Origin: an uncultured Chloroflexia bacterium
GTDB taxonomy: Bacteria > Chloroflexota > Limnocylindria > Limnocylindrales > CSP1-4
DNA length: 64,000 nt
Assembly (NCBI GenBank): GCA_963749705.1
Contig: CAVVNQ010000003.1
Span: forward strand, 384,001 to 448,000
Direction: 5' to 3'
Under the pieces are notes generated by a model that was not told the origin of the DNA, searched no databases, and worked only from the letters and a program-made list of their open reading frames with translations. Numbering within the stretch: position 1 is the stretch's first letter; the number at the start of each line of letters is the position of its first letter. Below are positions 62,246-64,000 of the stretch, piece after piece. Both the position numbers and the translations under genes were made by a program.

Positions 62246-62308
62246 CAGCGCGCCGCTCCGCCAACGGGTGAAGTACTCACCCGGCTACTCAGCGATTACT
62301 CTCCGGGA

Positions 62309-64000
62309 ATGACCGATCGCGCGGGCGTGGAGAGTGCTCTGATCGGGGCCCTGTCGGTTCTGGCGGATCCATTCGACATTCAGCTCGCCGCCGAGATCGG
62401 CGACATGGCGCCAGCAGATGTCCTGCACATGTTGGAGACCGCCCAACGCCAGGGCGATCTCGTCATCGAGGGCGGTCTGGTCCGCTTCGCCCCGGGACGG
62501 CGCGAGCAGGCATACCGCGCGCTCGGTGCGCGGGGTCAGGCGATGGCCCATGCGCATGCCGCCGAGGTGCTGACCCGAGTTCGACCACGCGATCTGGCAG
62601 GGATCGCCGAGCAATGGGCCGCGGCGGCTACGGTTCTGGGACCCGAGCCGGCGCTCCGCGCGTTTGATGCGGCGGCCCTCGCCGCCGAGCGGACCCGCGA
62701 TTGGGAGGCCGCGGCCCGCCTGTGGGGGCGGGCGGCCGAGGTGGCTGCCGGCGACGACCGCGCTGATGCTGCGACTCTGGCGCTCCGACGATCGCGGTGC
62801 CTGTTTCGCGCCGGCCTGTTCCGAGACGCGATCACCGCCTGCCGCGACGTCGCGGCCGCCGCGCGGGCAGCTGGCAACTGGCGGCTGCTCGCAGAAGCCG
62901 CCCTCGTCGTGCGTGGCATCGGGGATCGCGACACCCGCTCCGCCCTGCTCGATCTGTGCCGAGACGCCATGCGTGGCGTTCACGACGACAGGGCGCTCGA
63001 GTCGCGCCTTCAAAGCCGGCTGATCATGCTGTCGTCCGACTTCTCGCAGGGGCCGTACGGGGTGGCCGAGGCGGAGGGCAACGTGGCCATCGCCGAGGCC
63101 ACCGGCGACCCGCGGGCATTGGTCGAGGCGCTTCACGCGCTGCAGATGGCCTGTTCTGGTCCGAGGAACACAGCGCGACGGCTCGAGATCGCTGACCGGA
63201 TGGAGCGTGTCGCCCGCGAGGCGGACCTAGTCGACGACCTCGTGTGGCCGCTCCGCTGGCGCGTCGATGCGTTCTTCCAACTCGGCCAGCGACCGGCGCT
63301 CGACAATGCCATCGCACGCCTGCAGGAGTACGCCGACCAACGCCATGACGCCCTGGCGGCGTGGGCCGCCACGACCGCGAGAGCCGTGCTCGCCCAACAC
63401 GAGGGCCAATTCGACGAGGCGATCCGTCTGGCCGGTGAGGCCCACGCTCTCGCGATCGAGGGCGGTCACCAGGGCGGCGACTTCGTGTACTGGATCCTTT
63501 TGAGCCAGTGTCGCTCGAAGCTGCGCGGAGGTCCGGTTGAGGACCACCTCCTCACCATCCAGCCCGTCCCCGACGCGTTCCACGCCTTCGTCGCGATGCA
63601 GTGGGCGGAGCTCGGCGACCTCGAGACGGCGGCCGCGCACTTCGAGCTCGGTTTTCGTGCCTTGAGCGAGGCGGAGGGCACGGAGTTACAGGTGCAGACC
63701 CACGTCGCGCTCGCCAGCGTCGCCTGGAAGCTTGGGCGGACCGAGCCGGCACCAGGGATCTACGCCGCGCTCGAGCCGTTTGCGGAGGAGCTCGCCACCC
63801 CGGCCTCGGGGCAGGCAGCGTCGCTCGGCAGCGTGAGTCGCTACCTGGGTCAGATGGCGGCCCTCATGCATGACTGGGACCGCGTCGAGACCGACTTCGC
63901 CCGCGCCATCCGTCGCGATATCGAGACCGGCGCTCGGGCAGAGGTGGCCGAGACGCGCTTCGACTGGGCGACAGCGCTGCTCCAGCGGGGTCTGGCACGC
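62309..64000 (+). CDS. Helical-repeat protein resembling large LuxR-family regulators; runs off window
   Basis: Manual translation MTDRAGVESALIGALSVLADPFD...REQAY...AHAAEVL...LLAEAAL; absent from ORF track, consistent with no stop in window. Confidence 0.65.
   Translation, partial: MTDRAGVESALIGALSVLADPFDIQLAAEIGDMAPADVLHMLETAQRQGDLVIEGGLVRFAPGRREQAYRALGARGQAMAHAHAAEVLTRVRPRDLAGIAEQWAAAATVLGPEPALRAFDAAALAAERTRDWEAAARLWGRAAEVAAGDDRADAATLALRRSRCLFRAGLFRDAITACRDVAAAARAAGNWRLLAEAALVVRGIGDRDTRSALLDLCRDAMRGVHDDRALESRLQSRLIMLSSDFSQGPYGVAEAEGNVAIAEATGDPRALVEALHALQMACSGPRNTARRLEIADRMERVAREADLVDDLVWPLRWRVDAFFQLGQRPALDNAIARLQEYADQRHDALAAWAATTARAVLAQHEGQFDEAIRLAGEAHALAIEGGHQGGDFVYWILLSQCRSKLRGGPVEDHLLTIQPVPDAFHAFVAMQWAELGDLETAAAHFELGFRALSEAEGTELQVQTHVALASVAWKLGRTEPAPGIYAALEPFAEELATPASGQAASLGSVSRYLGQMAALMHDWDRVETDFARAIRRDIETGARAEVAETRFDWATALLQRGLAR

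Overview
High-GC bacterial chromosome segment (about 70% by eye). Gene style suggests Chloroflexota (Limnocylindria-like) or an actinobacterium; this is inference only. 1-27.2 kb is a cell-envelope locus: two surface proteins ending in nucleotide-identical triple CWB2 (cell-wall-binding 2) cassettes, a WbpD/E/B/A/I-like set for a 2,3-diacetamido uronic acid sugar, six GT4s, a Ppm1-like GT2, and an inverted Wzm/Wzt-deacetylase-GNAT block. 27-52 kb is mostly housekeeping: PPIase, mazG-rph-rdgB, LCP, tRNA-Pro(UGG), crcB-DUF190/CBS (split by an amber codon), VKOR, PCuAC-SCO, a KdpDE-like pair, Lrp, a trans-sulfuration enzyme, ResB and GSIII. The most notable structure is at 52.4-60.5 kb. The 3' end of tRNA-Pro(CGG) recurs at least four more times as direct repeats. 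These divide the region into integrase-free 0.9-2.6 kb cassettes (AAA-DUF4143 ATPase, VapBC, pseudo-archaemetzincin, MazEF plus adenylate cyclase), like a tRNA-anchored integron-style array. Also seen: a two-copy inverted-repeat-bounded element next to an HTH/nuclease-like gene, a structured RBS-occluding leader, many leaderless promoters and two candidate ATC starts. All family calls come from motif recognition, not database searches.
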